IMG/VR virus record: IMGVR_UViG_3300044990_000804
Span: 1-31,506 of that record
Source of the DNA: a virus
Lineage: Duplodnaviria > Caudoviricetes
DNA length: 31,506 bases
Reading direction: 5' to 3' (one strand)
A program made the translations under genes and the position numbers. This document shows, one piece after another, positions 8,225 to 16,680 of this stretch (positions within the stretch are counted from its first letter, which is position 1; each line of letters starts with the position of its first letter). The notes beneath the pieces were generated by a model. It was not told the origin of the DNA. It saw nothing but the letters and a program-made list of their open reading frames with translations, and did not search any database.

Positions 8225-8244
8225 GTGTGTTTTTCCTTTTGGTT

Positions 8245-8274
8245 AATATAGCGACATTTCTTTATATAAAGCAA
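8245..8274 (-). promoter_or_regulatory. Internal promoter for the fibre/LamG/membrane-protein genes
   Basis: TTGCTT-18-TATATT in an AT-rich intergenic gap. Confidence 0.55.
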
Positions 8275-8291
8275 GTTGATTTTATGGGGAT

Positions 8292-9431
8292 TCATCGGTA
8301 TTTGAATCCATTAGTGCCGTCAAATTTGAGAATTATCCAAGAACCGTCTAGACCCCATCCGCGAACACTCGTGTTAAAATCAAGATTGGTTATGGGGTCT
8401 GCCGCCCAAGTTGACGGCATATTAGTTGAACCCATAAACGCAACCGCTTCGGGATAGGTTATATTTGTGCCTGAATAAATGCGGGTCGTGTTGGTAAATA
8501 CGCTGGGAGTCCCGAAATCATCGAACACGGTTTCCACGCCGTTCCAAGCAAAATCTGAATAATATTCCGATATATAATTGGTGCCGCATAATACGTAGAA
8601 ATCTGCATCAAAAGTCATGTTTGTTATATTTCCGATGACCAATGGCATGATCCGGCTTGTTACAGCTTGCGCGTCGGCAATGTAAAGGCCAGCACCTCCC
8701 CCCCCTGTATCGTAAAACGCAACTGATAGCGCGGTGAATTGGAGTGGAATGATATTTGCATTGAATGCGGTGAAGTTAAAATTTGATTCTGCTCCTGCCT
8801 TGCCTTCGCTAAAATTTTGATTGTTTTCAAAAGTGATTGACCCATACCTATAAGTTGACGAATAGGAAGCCGGAGCGTCAACCCAAACCAAAGCCGGAAA
8901 TATATTGGTAATCCACATTATCCCGTAATCAGTTGTGTACCAATTCGTGCGCCCTGGTGGGTAATTAGTCCCCCCGGCTTTAGTCTGCGCGTTCGTCCAT
9001 CCGTTACCCCACGCATAACCCGAATTAGTCAAAGGCCCGACGCCAGAAAGATTTGAAAAAGGCGTGTAGTCTAAAAAATTGGTTGGCATTTTGATCGAAT
9101 AGAGCAATCCTGTTATCGTGTAAAACGGTATGCCGTTCGATTCGATGTATCCCGATAAATCGCCATCCATTCCATTCGTAACAATGTAAGCCGGAATAGC
9201 AGACTTTAGACGGGCCTTGATATTTGTCAGATTGTCATATTGCGAACGGTAAAACCGCAATTCTGCAATGGATACCCCCGCCGCATAGCATCGTTCTACC
9301 GCCGCGCTGTGAACGTCCTGAAACTGCGCCACAGATTGGCGCGGGTGTTGATAGGACGGCCAAACGCTCGTTGACCATTGACCCGCTGCCATGCAAACCA
9401 TTGCGCAATATATCAGGATCGTCGTTTTCAT
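8292..9431 (-). CDS. Putative tail-tip protein with signal peptide, 379 aa (start corrected from 9521)
   Basis: ATG lies 2 nt after the upstream stop; leader MKTTILIYCAMVCMAAG|QW; aromatic- and TN-rich. Confidence 0.7.
   Translation of the reverse strand: MKTTILIYCAMVCMAAGQWSTSVWPSYQHPRQSVAQFQDVHSAAVERCYAAGVSIAELRFYRSQYDNLTNIKARLKSAIPAYIVTNGMDGDLSGYIESNGIPFYTITGLLYSIKMPTNFLDYTPFSNLSGVGPLTNSGYAWGNGWTNAQTKAGGTNYPPGRTNWYTTDYGIMWITNIFPALVWVDAPASYSSTYRYGSITFENNQNFSEGKAGAESNFNFTAFNANIIPLQFTALSVAFYDTGGGGAGLYIADAQAVTSRIMPLVIGNITNMTFDADFYVLCGTNYISEYYSDFAWNGVETVFDDFGTPSVFTNTTRIYSGTNITYPEAVAFMGSTNMPSTWAADPITNLDFNTSVRGWGLDGSWIILKFDGTNGFKYR
8661..8680 (+). repeat. 20-bp direct repeat, copy 2
   Basis: Exact match to 3287-3306; lies inside the 8292-9431 CDS. 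Confidence 0.85.
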
Positions 9432-9433
9432 GG

Positions 9434-9991
9434 TTACGCCATTGCCGATAGACGGAAGCTCCCGCGCAAATCTCCAATGCCAGCCGCCGTAATTGCGCCC
9501 GTAGCAACCGGGAAAAACCAAAGCGGGATGACTTCGATATAATCAAAGCGAGGATCTTCTGTATCGGCTTGCATATCAGACCCCATAATAATGGTTGTCT
9601 CTCCCGCGTTGCTGTTGTCGATTTCGAGCCAGACGTATTGATCGGCGGCAAGCGGATCGGTTGCTTCCCAATGGTCAGTATCGAAAGTCAACCCTGCGCC
9701 CGCCGTTATTGATGCAATGCGTTTGCCTCGATACCAAATAGATTGGTCGGATAGGAAGTCAGATATTTTGAAGTTATCATCCGTAATGTCCACAATATCA
9801 AAAGGGCGTTTAAGGTTGTTTGAAAAGTCACCGTAAAGCCCGGGATAGATCGTCATATCGAACGGCGTGCGCTCGACTTCACCATTCGCAATGTTCAAAC
9901 TATTGAGCCAACGCGCAACCGTATTGAGCCAATCCGCCGTCAATTGGTTTATGAATCCCGGCTTAAAATCGTCTTTTAATCGTAAAGCCAT
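9434..9991 (-). CDS. Putative tail-tip protein, 185 aa, no signal peptide (start corrected from 10048)
   Basis: ATG 8 nt downstream of the upstream stop; acidic and beta-rich; synteny only. Confidence 0.6.
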   Translation of the reverse strand: MALRLKDDFKPGFINQLTADWLNTVARWLNSLNIANGEVERTPFDMTIYPGLYGDFSNNLKRPFDIVDITDDNFKISDFLSDQSIWYRGKRIASITAGAGLTFDTDHWEATDPLAADQYVWLEIDNSNAGETTIIMGSDMQADTEDPRFDYIEVIPLWFFPVATGAITAAGIGDLRGSFRLSAMA

Positions 9992-9999
9992 ATATAAAC

Positions 10000-10287
10000 C
10001 TATGTGACTATTTCCCAATCGGTAAATGTGCGTTCGGTTTTGACGCATTTGTACCCGTCGGCGTCATTGTCCCGGCTGGACTTTGCGGTAACGGTATCAG
10101 ACGCAGCGGCGGCGGCTTCGCTTTCCGCATAGGTTTTCGTAAGACCCCGCGCCTCATCGACTGTGATAGTCTCCGTGCATTTCCATTTTTCAGGAGTTCC
10201 GAACGCCCGAATGCGCCATTGAATATGCGGGATTTTCTGGTAGTCAATTCGCGTGTATGTCGCCCCAGACGATAACCAGCCACTCAT
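10000..10287 (-). CDS. Small protein immediately after the tape measure (distal-tail position)
   Basis: TAATG coupling with the tape-measure stop; synteny only. Confidence 0.55.
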   Translation of the reverse strand: MSGWLSSGATYTRIDYQKIPHIQWRIRAFGTPEKWKCTETITVDEARGLTKTYAESEAAAAASDTVTAKSSRDNDADGYKCVKTERTFTDWEIVT

Positions 10288-11864
10288 TAACCACCCCCTT
10301 GAATCTGGATCGCCTGTTTGAGAAATGCCGTATTGTCCCTGATTTCCTTTTGGACTATTACAGAGTCTAATTGAGCCTGTTCGATATCACGCTTGCGCTT
10401 ATCGATGTTTTGTTGCGCGTTTTGCAATGCGACATTCGCGGCTATTGCATCCCGTGCGGCCCTGCGCCTTGCCGATGGAGTGACCCCGCGCCGCTCTGCA
10501 TCATCGGCCTGTCTAGCGAGGGCCAATAAGCGACGTTTCGCCCGTTCGTCTGCTTTATCCTTGCGCTTGTCATCTTTGATCGATCCGGCATCGAGCGCGT
10601 TGTTGATCTTGCCGCCAATCACCTGCTCCGGCGTTTGGTCGCCGCGCCAATCGAAAAGGCCTTTTACTAGTGGTCTTTTATCTTCTTTTGTGGGAAGCAA
10701 ATCTAAGCCTTCCGTTTTCTTTCCGACTTGCGCTAAAATATCGGCTGTTGTTTTAGGTTGCGGCTTTTCTTTTTCCCCAGGAATCTTATCCCCGCGCTTC
10801 CGTCCTAACCCTTCGCGGATGTTTTCAAATTGCTTTTGCTCGATGGCCGCTTGCTCCTGCTTGTCGCTTATTTCTTGCGTCTGCTTTTGCAAATCTTCTT
10901 CGACTTTTGCGGACTCTTTTTTGAGGCGCAAAACCTCATTCGCCTTATTAACTTCTTCAACTTGACGCGCACGGGTAGCCGCCGCAAGTTCTTCCTCAAT
11001 CTTCATTTCTTCTTCGCGCTTTTTAGTGGCTTCATCTATTGCGCCTTGTCCTCCAACAAGACGCAGTGCCCCCGTTGCAAGCCCTGCCCCTATTTTGTCA
11101 CCAAGCTTTTTAAGTCTGCCCTTCCAATCTGTTATTGTGTCTCCAATTTTATCCATTGCGGCAATGTTTTCATTGCTTAAATTCAGCATAGGGGAAACAG
11201 CCAGTCCGCCATATCCAACGTCCGCTAATTCTTTCAATGTCGATCTTAATTCTGCCGCGCCTTTTCCTAAAATCTTAAAAGCCGCGCCTTGGTCACCCGT
11301 CTTTTTAACTCCGTCCGCAATGCGTTTTAAAAGTTGGTCGGGATTAAGCGCGGCCACTTCCTCGAGCGAAATTCCAAGCCGTTTAAATGCCTCCTGCGCT
11401 TCCTTGTTGTCGCCGATATTGTTTTGAACATTCACTAGCTTTTCAAGTTTTCCGCGCAATGAATCAAGCGGAACGCCGTTTCTTTTCGCGGCATCCTCTA
11501 ATGCCTGTAACGCGGTCGTTGAAAATCCAGTCGCTTTTGATGTTTCATCTAGGCGTTCGGATGTTTTGCTTGCCCCGCTTATAAGCTTTCCGATAATCAT
11601 TGCCGCCGCGCCAATCACCGCACCCATCAATCCAATCGCTTTAGTAACGCTCGCAATAGCCCCACCCATGTCGCCCGCAAGAAACTTGCCTTTAGCATCC
11701 CCCAGATTCCCAAAGAACCCGCCGCCCTTGACATTCCCCATGCCTCCAGCCCCGCCGCCTGAATTTTTAGCCCTGCGCGAAAGCTTATCAAGATCGTTTT
11801 CGACTTCCTTGAAAACTTTACTTGCGTTATTGCTTGCGCCGATATCTATTTTTAACCCTGACAT
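10287..11864 (-). CDS. Tail tape measure protein
   Basis: KIDIGASNNASKVFK start; LDETSKATGFSTTALQAL, AFKRLGIS, LNPDQLLKRIAD; helical and A/K/G-rich. Confidence 0.9.
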   Translation of the reverse strand: MSGLKIDIGASNNASKVFKEVENDLDKLSRRAKNSGGGAGGMGNVKGGGFFGNLGDAKGKFLAGDMGGAIASVTKAIGLMGAVIGAAAMIIGKLISGASKTSERLDETSKATGFSTTALQALEDAAKRNGVPLDSLRGKLEKLVNVQNNIGDNKEAQEAFKRLGISLEEVAALNPDQLLKRIADGVKKTGDQGAAFKILGKGAAELRSTLKELADVGYGGLAVSPMLNLSNENIAAMDKIGDTITDWKGRLKKLGDKIGAGLATGALRLVGGQGAIDEATKKREEEMKIEEELAAATRARQVEEVNKANEVLRLKKESAKVEEDLQKQTQEISDKQEQAAIEQKQFENIREGLGRKRGDKIPGEKEKPQPKTTADILAQVGKKTEGLDLLPTKEDKRPLVKGLFDWRGDQTPEQVIGGKINNALDAGSIKDDKRKDKADERAKRRLLALARQADDAERRGVTPSARRRAARDAIAANVALQNAQQNIDKRKRDIEQAQLDSVIVQKEIRDNTAFLKQAIQIQGGG

Positions 11865-12565
11865 TTTTCAAGCCCCTTTCGGATGATCTCTAAAACCACC
11901 GCCCGAAAATTACCACCAGCTTCCGATTGCGCGCCCGCCTGTCCCGAATATCCCGGCATCATTTTAGCAATGTGCGAGTAACAATCATCCATAAAGTCCT
12001 GCGATACGTCCCAAAGCCAGTAAGCCGGGGTTGTGCCGGGGTAATTATGGCAAAGCAACGCAACCGATTCGCCATAGTTAACAGCTCGATATTGCATTTT
12101 TTTATTTTCCAGCGGACTGTCAATGTCAACCGGCTCGCTATCTCCCATCACCACACGGTCAACCGCTTCCTCCAACGCCTGCGCCGTGCATGATAACGTG
12201 TTGGCCCATGTGTTTACCTTATCGGCGATTTGCGCCCGTGCATTGAGCCGCTGGAGTCCTTCCGCGTCACGTCCAAAAGCCAGAGCAAAGGCTAAAACGC
12301 GGACATCATCCCCGAATAGCGGCAATGCAACGAATCTGAACCACAAGGCCGCGCCCCGGCACATCGGCCAAAGTAACGTGCCGCCGACTTCTAGCGGGAG
12401 ATCCAAAAGCACCGGAATATCTCGCACGTCCCGCCCCGTCATTTTTTGGGCGGAATAGTGTAACCAGACAATATCTTCCGCCGATGGTTCAACCCCGCGC
12501 TTGCGTATTTCATCAAGTGCGGAGTTGACCAAAGGGGAAACAATCGGCTTTTGTATTATCAGCAT
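11852..12565 (-). CDS. Putative tail assembly chaperone
   Basis: Between the tail tube and tape measure; TPAYWLWDVS resembles gpT-like C-terminal motifs. Confidence 0.55.
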   Translation of the reverse strand: MLIIQKPIVSPLVNSALDEIRKRGVEPSAEDIVWLHYSAQKMTGRDVRDIPVLLDLPLEVGGTLLWPMCRGAALWFRFVALPLFGDDVRVLAFALAFGRDAEGLQRLNARAQIADKVNTWANTLSCTAQALEEAVDRVVMGDSEPVDIDSPLENKKMQYRAVNYGESVALLCHNYPGTTPAYWLWDVSQDFMDDCYSHIAKMMPGYSGQAGAQSEAGGNFRAVVLEIIRKGLEKCQG

Positions 12566-12576
12566 TTAAGCCGCCT

Positions 12577-13263
12577 TTACGGAGCGACATAAAGCGCAAG
12601 AGCCTTTGTGCCGGTGATTGTGTGGCTTTTGAATTTATTGTTTCCGGTTTGTTCCTGGTTCCCGGTAACATCCCAACCCGCAGCCGCAAGCGTGTCAACC
12701 GTTCCATGCCATGTCGTTGACGCTTCCAGCCGTGCGTTGTGATTCTCACCGGCCAAATGCACCGCACCGCCAACGTCCACATGGTCACAAGTGGCCGTAA
12801 TTGTGGACGATTCAACGGATGCGATATTGTTGCTGTCCTCGCCTTCGAGGAAACAGAATCCAATCGCCGGATTTGCCGTGTCAGCGATCGCTCCGATTCC
12901 ATGCTCAAATTCCTGCAAAGTTCCATCCGCGTGCGTATTGGCCGCGTGGAAATGGCCGGACAAAGCCATAGTCGCAAATCCCTGTTCATTCGTGCCAATG
13001 GCGATTGACTCCAACACAATGCCCGCAATGACCGCGCCCAATCGCGGCGGAATGTTCGCCCAACAGGTGTTCGCCGTGGCAACGTAGTTCGATGTCACGC
13101 TTGTTTTGATTTCGCCTAACGCGCTGGCAACTTCATTACCTAACGCATTAAGAGCGTTGTATCGGTTTGCCTGCGCGTTTTTGTCGGGGTCTTGCATTGC
13201 CCATCCGGTAAACGTATCGCCAAACCCGCCGCTTGCTCCAAAAGGAATTGCTAAATCAGTCAT
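12577..13263 (-). CDS. Putative major tail (tube) protein
   Basis: Strong AAGGAG RBS; A/G/T-rich beta composition; synteny. Confidence 0.65.
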   Translation of the reverse strand: MTDLAIPFGASGGFGDTFTGWAMQDPDKNAQANRYNALNALGNEVASALGEIKTSVTSNYVATANTCWANIPPRLGAVIAGIVLESIAIGTNEQGFATMALSGHFHAANTHADGTLQEFEHGIGAIADTANPAIGFCFLEGEDSNNIASVESSTITATCDHVDVGGAVHLAGENHNARLEASTTWHGTVDTLAAAGWDVTGNQEQTGNNKFKSHTITGTKALALYVAP

Positions 13264-13275
13264 GTCATATTCTCC

Positions 13276-13779
13276 TTATTGTATTTGATCCGTATTTGTA
13301 AACACCGCCTCGAAGTCCCAATCTAAATGCCAGCATTGAATCTCTCCGCCCTTATCGGACTCAATGTCATCAAGCAAAATGATTACATCCCGCGTTAATA
13401 CCGGCTCCGATATGGGCGTAAAGCTTTGCACGCCTTCAATCTCAAATACTCCGGCGTCATTCTGTCCGGTGGGAATGTGATCCAATATAAGGCCGGTCAA
13501 TTCCTGAGCTTCCCGCCGCACGGTGAAATATCCGTCAAGTTTTCCGGCCATGCGCCGGGATGCACACGGGCGGACTTTGGGATTAATGCGGACCAATTCG
13601 CCATTGCCTGAAAGGTAAAACGAAAGCATTTTCAAGTGGTCGGGTTTATTTGCGCCCTTGATTTCGTCGGCAATGAAAAAGTTAATGCCTTCTACAAGCC
13701 CGATCTTTTCATTCAAATAATTGAAGATGCGCCTTTCGGCATTTGACCAAGCATATTTTGCGCTTCGGATGGTTGTCAC
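13276..13779 (-). CDS. Putative tail terminator
   Basis: Size and position directly upstream of the tail tube. Confidence 0.5.
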   Translation of the reverse strand: MTTIRSAKYAWSNAERRIFNYLNEKIGLVEGINFFIADEIKGANKPDHLKMLSFYLSGNGELVRINPKVRPCASRRMAGKLDGYFTVRREAQELTGLILDHIPTGQNDAGVFEIEGVQSFTPISEPVLTRDVIILLDDIESDKGGEIQCWHLDWDFEAVFTNTDQIQ

Positions 13780-14636
13780 GATGCCGCCTTTATCGGTTGC
13801 GGGGTTTGTCCGCCCTGGTACTGCGCGAATATCACATCAGACCGCTTGACGACATTCCGGTCAATATCCCGCGCCCGCGTCCGCAAAGCAACGGCAATCA
13901 TAGATGCAAGCGTTTTAGACCGTGCGAAAGGCGAGGTGTTTTCGATATAAAGACTCCCGAATCCTTTATCGTTGATTGATCCACCGGCACCGTTTCCGCC
14001 ATACCGTGAAACGTTACGCGCAACCCATGACGGAGGGGATACCTTTCCGTTACACCGTGCGGCGAAATACATTGCGCCCCGTATCCATCCGGCCTTCAAG
14101 GTTCCAACGTCTTTTTTAAGTTGCCGCCGATAGCGATTTAAAGGCGCACTTTTGACGGCAAGCTTGTCGATAAATTTTAGTTTTCCGTGTCCTTGGCGGG
14201 TTATGGATTTAGGCGCAACTACCCGCCCCGTTTTAGCAGATCGATATTTTTTATGCTGATCGGCAATCCGCACGCCCTTCAAATCAACCATCGTCTTTTC
14301 AACGGCATAAACCGCCCCGCCCCGCGTGCGAAATGCGACGGCGGGATATCCCTGCACGTCCCATGAATCGGCAATGTTCTTTTCGCCAACCTCTACGATG
14401 ATTTTATTGAGATCCCCATCGACGGCATTCTCACCCATTTTGCGCTCGCTGGTGTCCGGCTTTTGGCCGTCCTTGAAAAGCTTTTTGGAAGGTGCGGAAA
14501 TCTGCATCAAGTTAAGCCCTAATAGCCGCGCCTGATCGTAAAGCAAAAATTGGATCGATACACCCAAAGCCTTCGCGGTGGCGATAAGCTTTTCGCGCTT
14601 AAAATCGACCTTGCATCTGATAAAAGTTAAGCTCAT
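13776..14636 (-). CDS. Putative neck/tail completion protein
   Basis: Basic; GTLKAGW and IENTSPFA resemble HK97 gp10-type motifs; synteny. Confidence 0.6.
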   Translation of the reverse strand: MSLTFIRCKVDFKREKLIATAKALGVSIQFLLYDQARLLGLNLMQISAPSKKLFKDGQKPDTSERKMGENAVDGDLNKIIVEVGEKNIADSWDVQGYPAVAFRTRGGAVYAVEKTMVDLKGVRIADQHKKYRSAKTGRVVAPKSITRQGHGKLKFIDKLAVKSAPLNRYRRQLKKDVGTLKAGWIRGAMYFAARCNGKVSPPSWVARNVSRYGGNGAGGSINDKGFGSLYIENTSPFARSKTLASMIAVALRTRARDIDRNVVKRSDVIFAQYQGGQTPQPIKAAS

Positions 14637-14962
14637 GTGCGCCCCCGTTTGACGGTAAATGTCAAGGCCGCGCCGTCGCGCATAACGCTTTTAATAATGC
14701 AACGGGTGTTATTCATTCCGGTTGCGGTATCAGTGACCCAACAAGCGTCGTTAGGTTCAGGGATGGAAGCAAAGCCGGAAAGCGAAGCAACAACTTGCGC
14801 GTCGTAGTTCTGGAAAACTCCATTTGTTTCGGTCTGATTTTCGCGGGTCAAAGGTGAAACGGTTGCCGGGATAGGCGTGCCGGATTGAGCCATGCAGATA
14901 GACGCCGGAAAGTCGTTAATCATTTCGGCCAAGTCTCTCGCCATTTCATCGGTCAATGACAC
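14633..14962 (-). CDS. Putative head closure/head-tail joining protein (gpFII-like position)
   Basis: 109 aa, GTG start with AAGGTG RBS, beta-rich C-terminus, synteny. Confidence 0.6.
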   Translation of the reverse strand: MSLTDEMARDLAEMINDFPASICMAQSGTPIPATVSPLTRENQTETNGVFQNYDAQVVASLSGFASIPEPNDACWVTDTATGMNNTRCIIKSVMRDGAALTFTVKRGRT

Positions 14963-14976
14963 GTTGTCACCTTATG

Positions 14977-15015
14977 AAAAAGGGACGGGCGGGAATTACC
15001 ACACCCGTCCCTTTT
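14977..15015 (-). terminator. Intrinsic terminator after the capsid genes (bidirectional form)
   Basis: AAAAGGGACGGG...CCCGTCCCTTTT stem with A/T tracts on both sides. Confidence 0.85.
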
Positions 15016-15034
15016 GATTTGATCGGATTTTTGG

Positions 15035-15262
15035 TTACTTACTCACCACCGGCTTGACGCAACGGAATTTCATCACTTCGCCGTGCGGGGTTCCGGTAGC
15101 AATGGCCACCCCCATCAATACGGCCTCGGATTTTTTCCCGATGGTCACAACTCCGGCGTCCCGAATCTTGCGCGCCATTTCAACCATCGGCACGGTTGAA
15201 TTGAAAGGAATGGCGTGCAATCCGCCCTCCCTTAATTCGATTACGATTGCTCCGATTTTCAT
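15035..15262 (-). CDS. Hypothetical head-module protein
   Basis: 75 aa between the capsid gene and the terminator; AAGGGA RBS. Confidence 0.6.
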   Translation of the reverse strand: MKIGAIVIELREGGLHAIPFNSTVPMVEMARKIRDAGVVTIGKKSEAVLMGVAIATGTPHGEVMKFRCVKPVVSK

Positions 15263-15276
15263 AGGAGTCCCTTCGC

Positions 15277-16164
15277 TTACGCGGTCACAATACGGACGAT
15301 AGCATCCTGCACTTTGGCCACACCAAAGAGAGCCGACACGTTGACCTTCAGGTAGCCGCCGTCGCCGTTGTAGATCATCCGAAGATTGACGGTGATTCCG
15401 CTGTCGGGATCAGTAACAAGGCTGTCAAAAATCGTATCGCCACCCTGACCGAACGTGGACCAGGGAGCAATCGCAACCGCAATCGCCCGACGGTCAACAA
15501 TGATACCGCCCAAGTTTTCGCTGTTGGATGGCATACCGGAATACATATAGGACTGCATACCCATCAGAGGAGGAAGTACGGCGGTTTTCAAGGCTTGATC
15601 GCCAAGGGTGGCCAGAACCAATCCGAGGCCGGATTCGCCAATCAACTGTCCGGCATAGGCCGCGTTAAGAATCAAGCTTCGATCTTCGGACAGTTTCAGA
15701 TCTTCCGCTTTCTGGAAAACAACGCCAAGATCGTTCATCCCGAAATCTGCGGCGGCGACCGTGTGCTTCGTCGAGTAGTTCGCATTGGTCACAAGGGCCA
15801 GCGCGGTGTCGATGATGTCTTTGCAAACCGCGTAGGTCGCTTCTTTGCTCAATCCTTCGACATAGGTCTGCACGTCTTCGGGAGCGACAGTCCCCTCAAT
15901 CAAAGAGAAAGAGGCTTCGCGGGGGGTATTCAGGGTGACCAGCTTCCCGGTAATCGAGCCGTTGGCGGAAGTGGCGGTTCCAAGCGTTTTCACTTGCGAG
16001 GTCGGAGATCCCAACACAGGGACGTAGCTGGTATTGCCGGAAACTTTACCGGCCATTTCAGCCTTGACTGAAAACGCATTTAACGGGACGAGCTTGTTTT
16101 TCAGAGCGGCTTGGACTGCCATTTCAATCTTGGCGGTGTTGATATTCGAAATCGTGGTGGACAT
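15277..16164 (-). CDS. Major capsid protein (HK97 fold inferred)
   Basis: AAGGA RBS; RSLILNAAY, PPLMGMQSY, AIAVA, VTDPDSGITVNLR and ALFGVAKV are typical of capsid C-terminal halves; synteny. Confidence 0.85.
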   Translation of the reverse strand: MSTTISNINTAKIEMAVQAALKNKLVPLNAFSVKAEMAGKVSGNTSYVPVLGSPTSQVKTLGTATSANGSITGKLVTLNTPREASFSLIEGTVAPEDVQTYVEGLSKEATYAVCKDIIDTALALVTNANYSTKHTVAAADFGMNDLGVVFQKAEDLKLSEDRSLILNAAYAGQLIGESGLGLVLATLGDQALKTAVLPPLMGMQSYMYSGMPSNSENLGGIIVDRRAIAVAIAPWSTFGQGGDTIFDSLVTDPDSGITVNLRMIYNGDGGYLKVNVSALFGVAKVQDAIVRIVTA

Positions 16165-16190
16165 TTTGATATTCCTTTTTTATGTTTTTA

Positions 16191-16658
16191 TTAGCGTTTG
16201 ACGGGGGTGTAGTAGATGATCGCCGTGACAACAGAGTCGGCGGCACCGGCGGTAACGGCCATCTTGACGTTCCCGCCAAGCATCGCCTTTTGATACGGGA
16301 TAGACAACTGCGTCAGCGTGTTCGTGCCAACGCCGGACGAAACAGCAGCTAAAGCGGTGCCGGTGTTGTCGGTGGGCAGAAACACAGGGCGCACAAGCTT
16401 CGAAGTCGCGCCGCTTAACAGCAACACGCTCGCATACGTTTCGACGGCGGTTGTCCCATTATAGGTGGCAATCGTGATATTCGTGGTGGTGGCCGTCTGC
16501 GAAATCTCAATCTTTTCCAGAATGCCGCTCACGGGAATTGCCGCCGAATAGCTGATCGCCTGTCCGTTGGTCACGCTCACGGTAACGCTCATCGAATCCG
16601 CATACGCGCCAAAAGCCAGCAAACCGAACACCGCCAACACTACCAGAATTTTCTTCAT
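16191..16658 (-). CDS. Signal-peptide protein in the head-decoration (gpD) slot
   Basis: Textbook leader MKKILVVLAVFGLLAFGAYA|DS; T/S/V-rich all-beta mature part; between scaffold and capsid genes. Confidence 0.75.
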   Translation of the reverse strand: MKKILVVLAVFGLLAFGAYADSMSVTVSVTNGQAISYSAAIPVSGILEKIEISQTATTTNITIATYNGTTAVETYASVLLLSGATSKLVRPVFLPTDNTGTALAAVSSGVGTNTLTQLSIPYQKAMLGGNVKMAVTAGAADSVVTAIIYYTPVKR

Positions 16659-16680
16659 TTTCTTGCCTTTCGCTTATTGT

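Noticed and set aside
3287-8680. 20-bp repeat as a DGR template/variable pair
   Set aside because: Too short, no pattern of adenine-specific mismatches, not at the 3' end of the gene, and no reverse transcriptase in the genome.
11852-12565. Programmed G/GT frameshift in the tail chaperone
   Set aside because: A single uninterrupted ORF spans the tube-to-tape-measure interval, so no second frame is needed.
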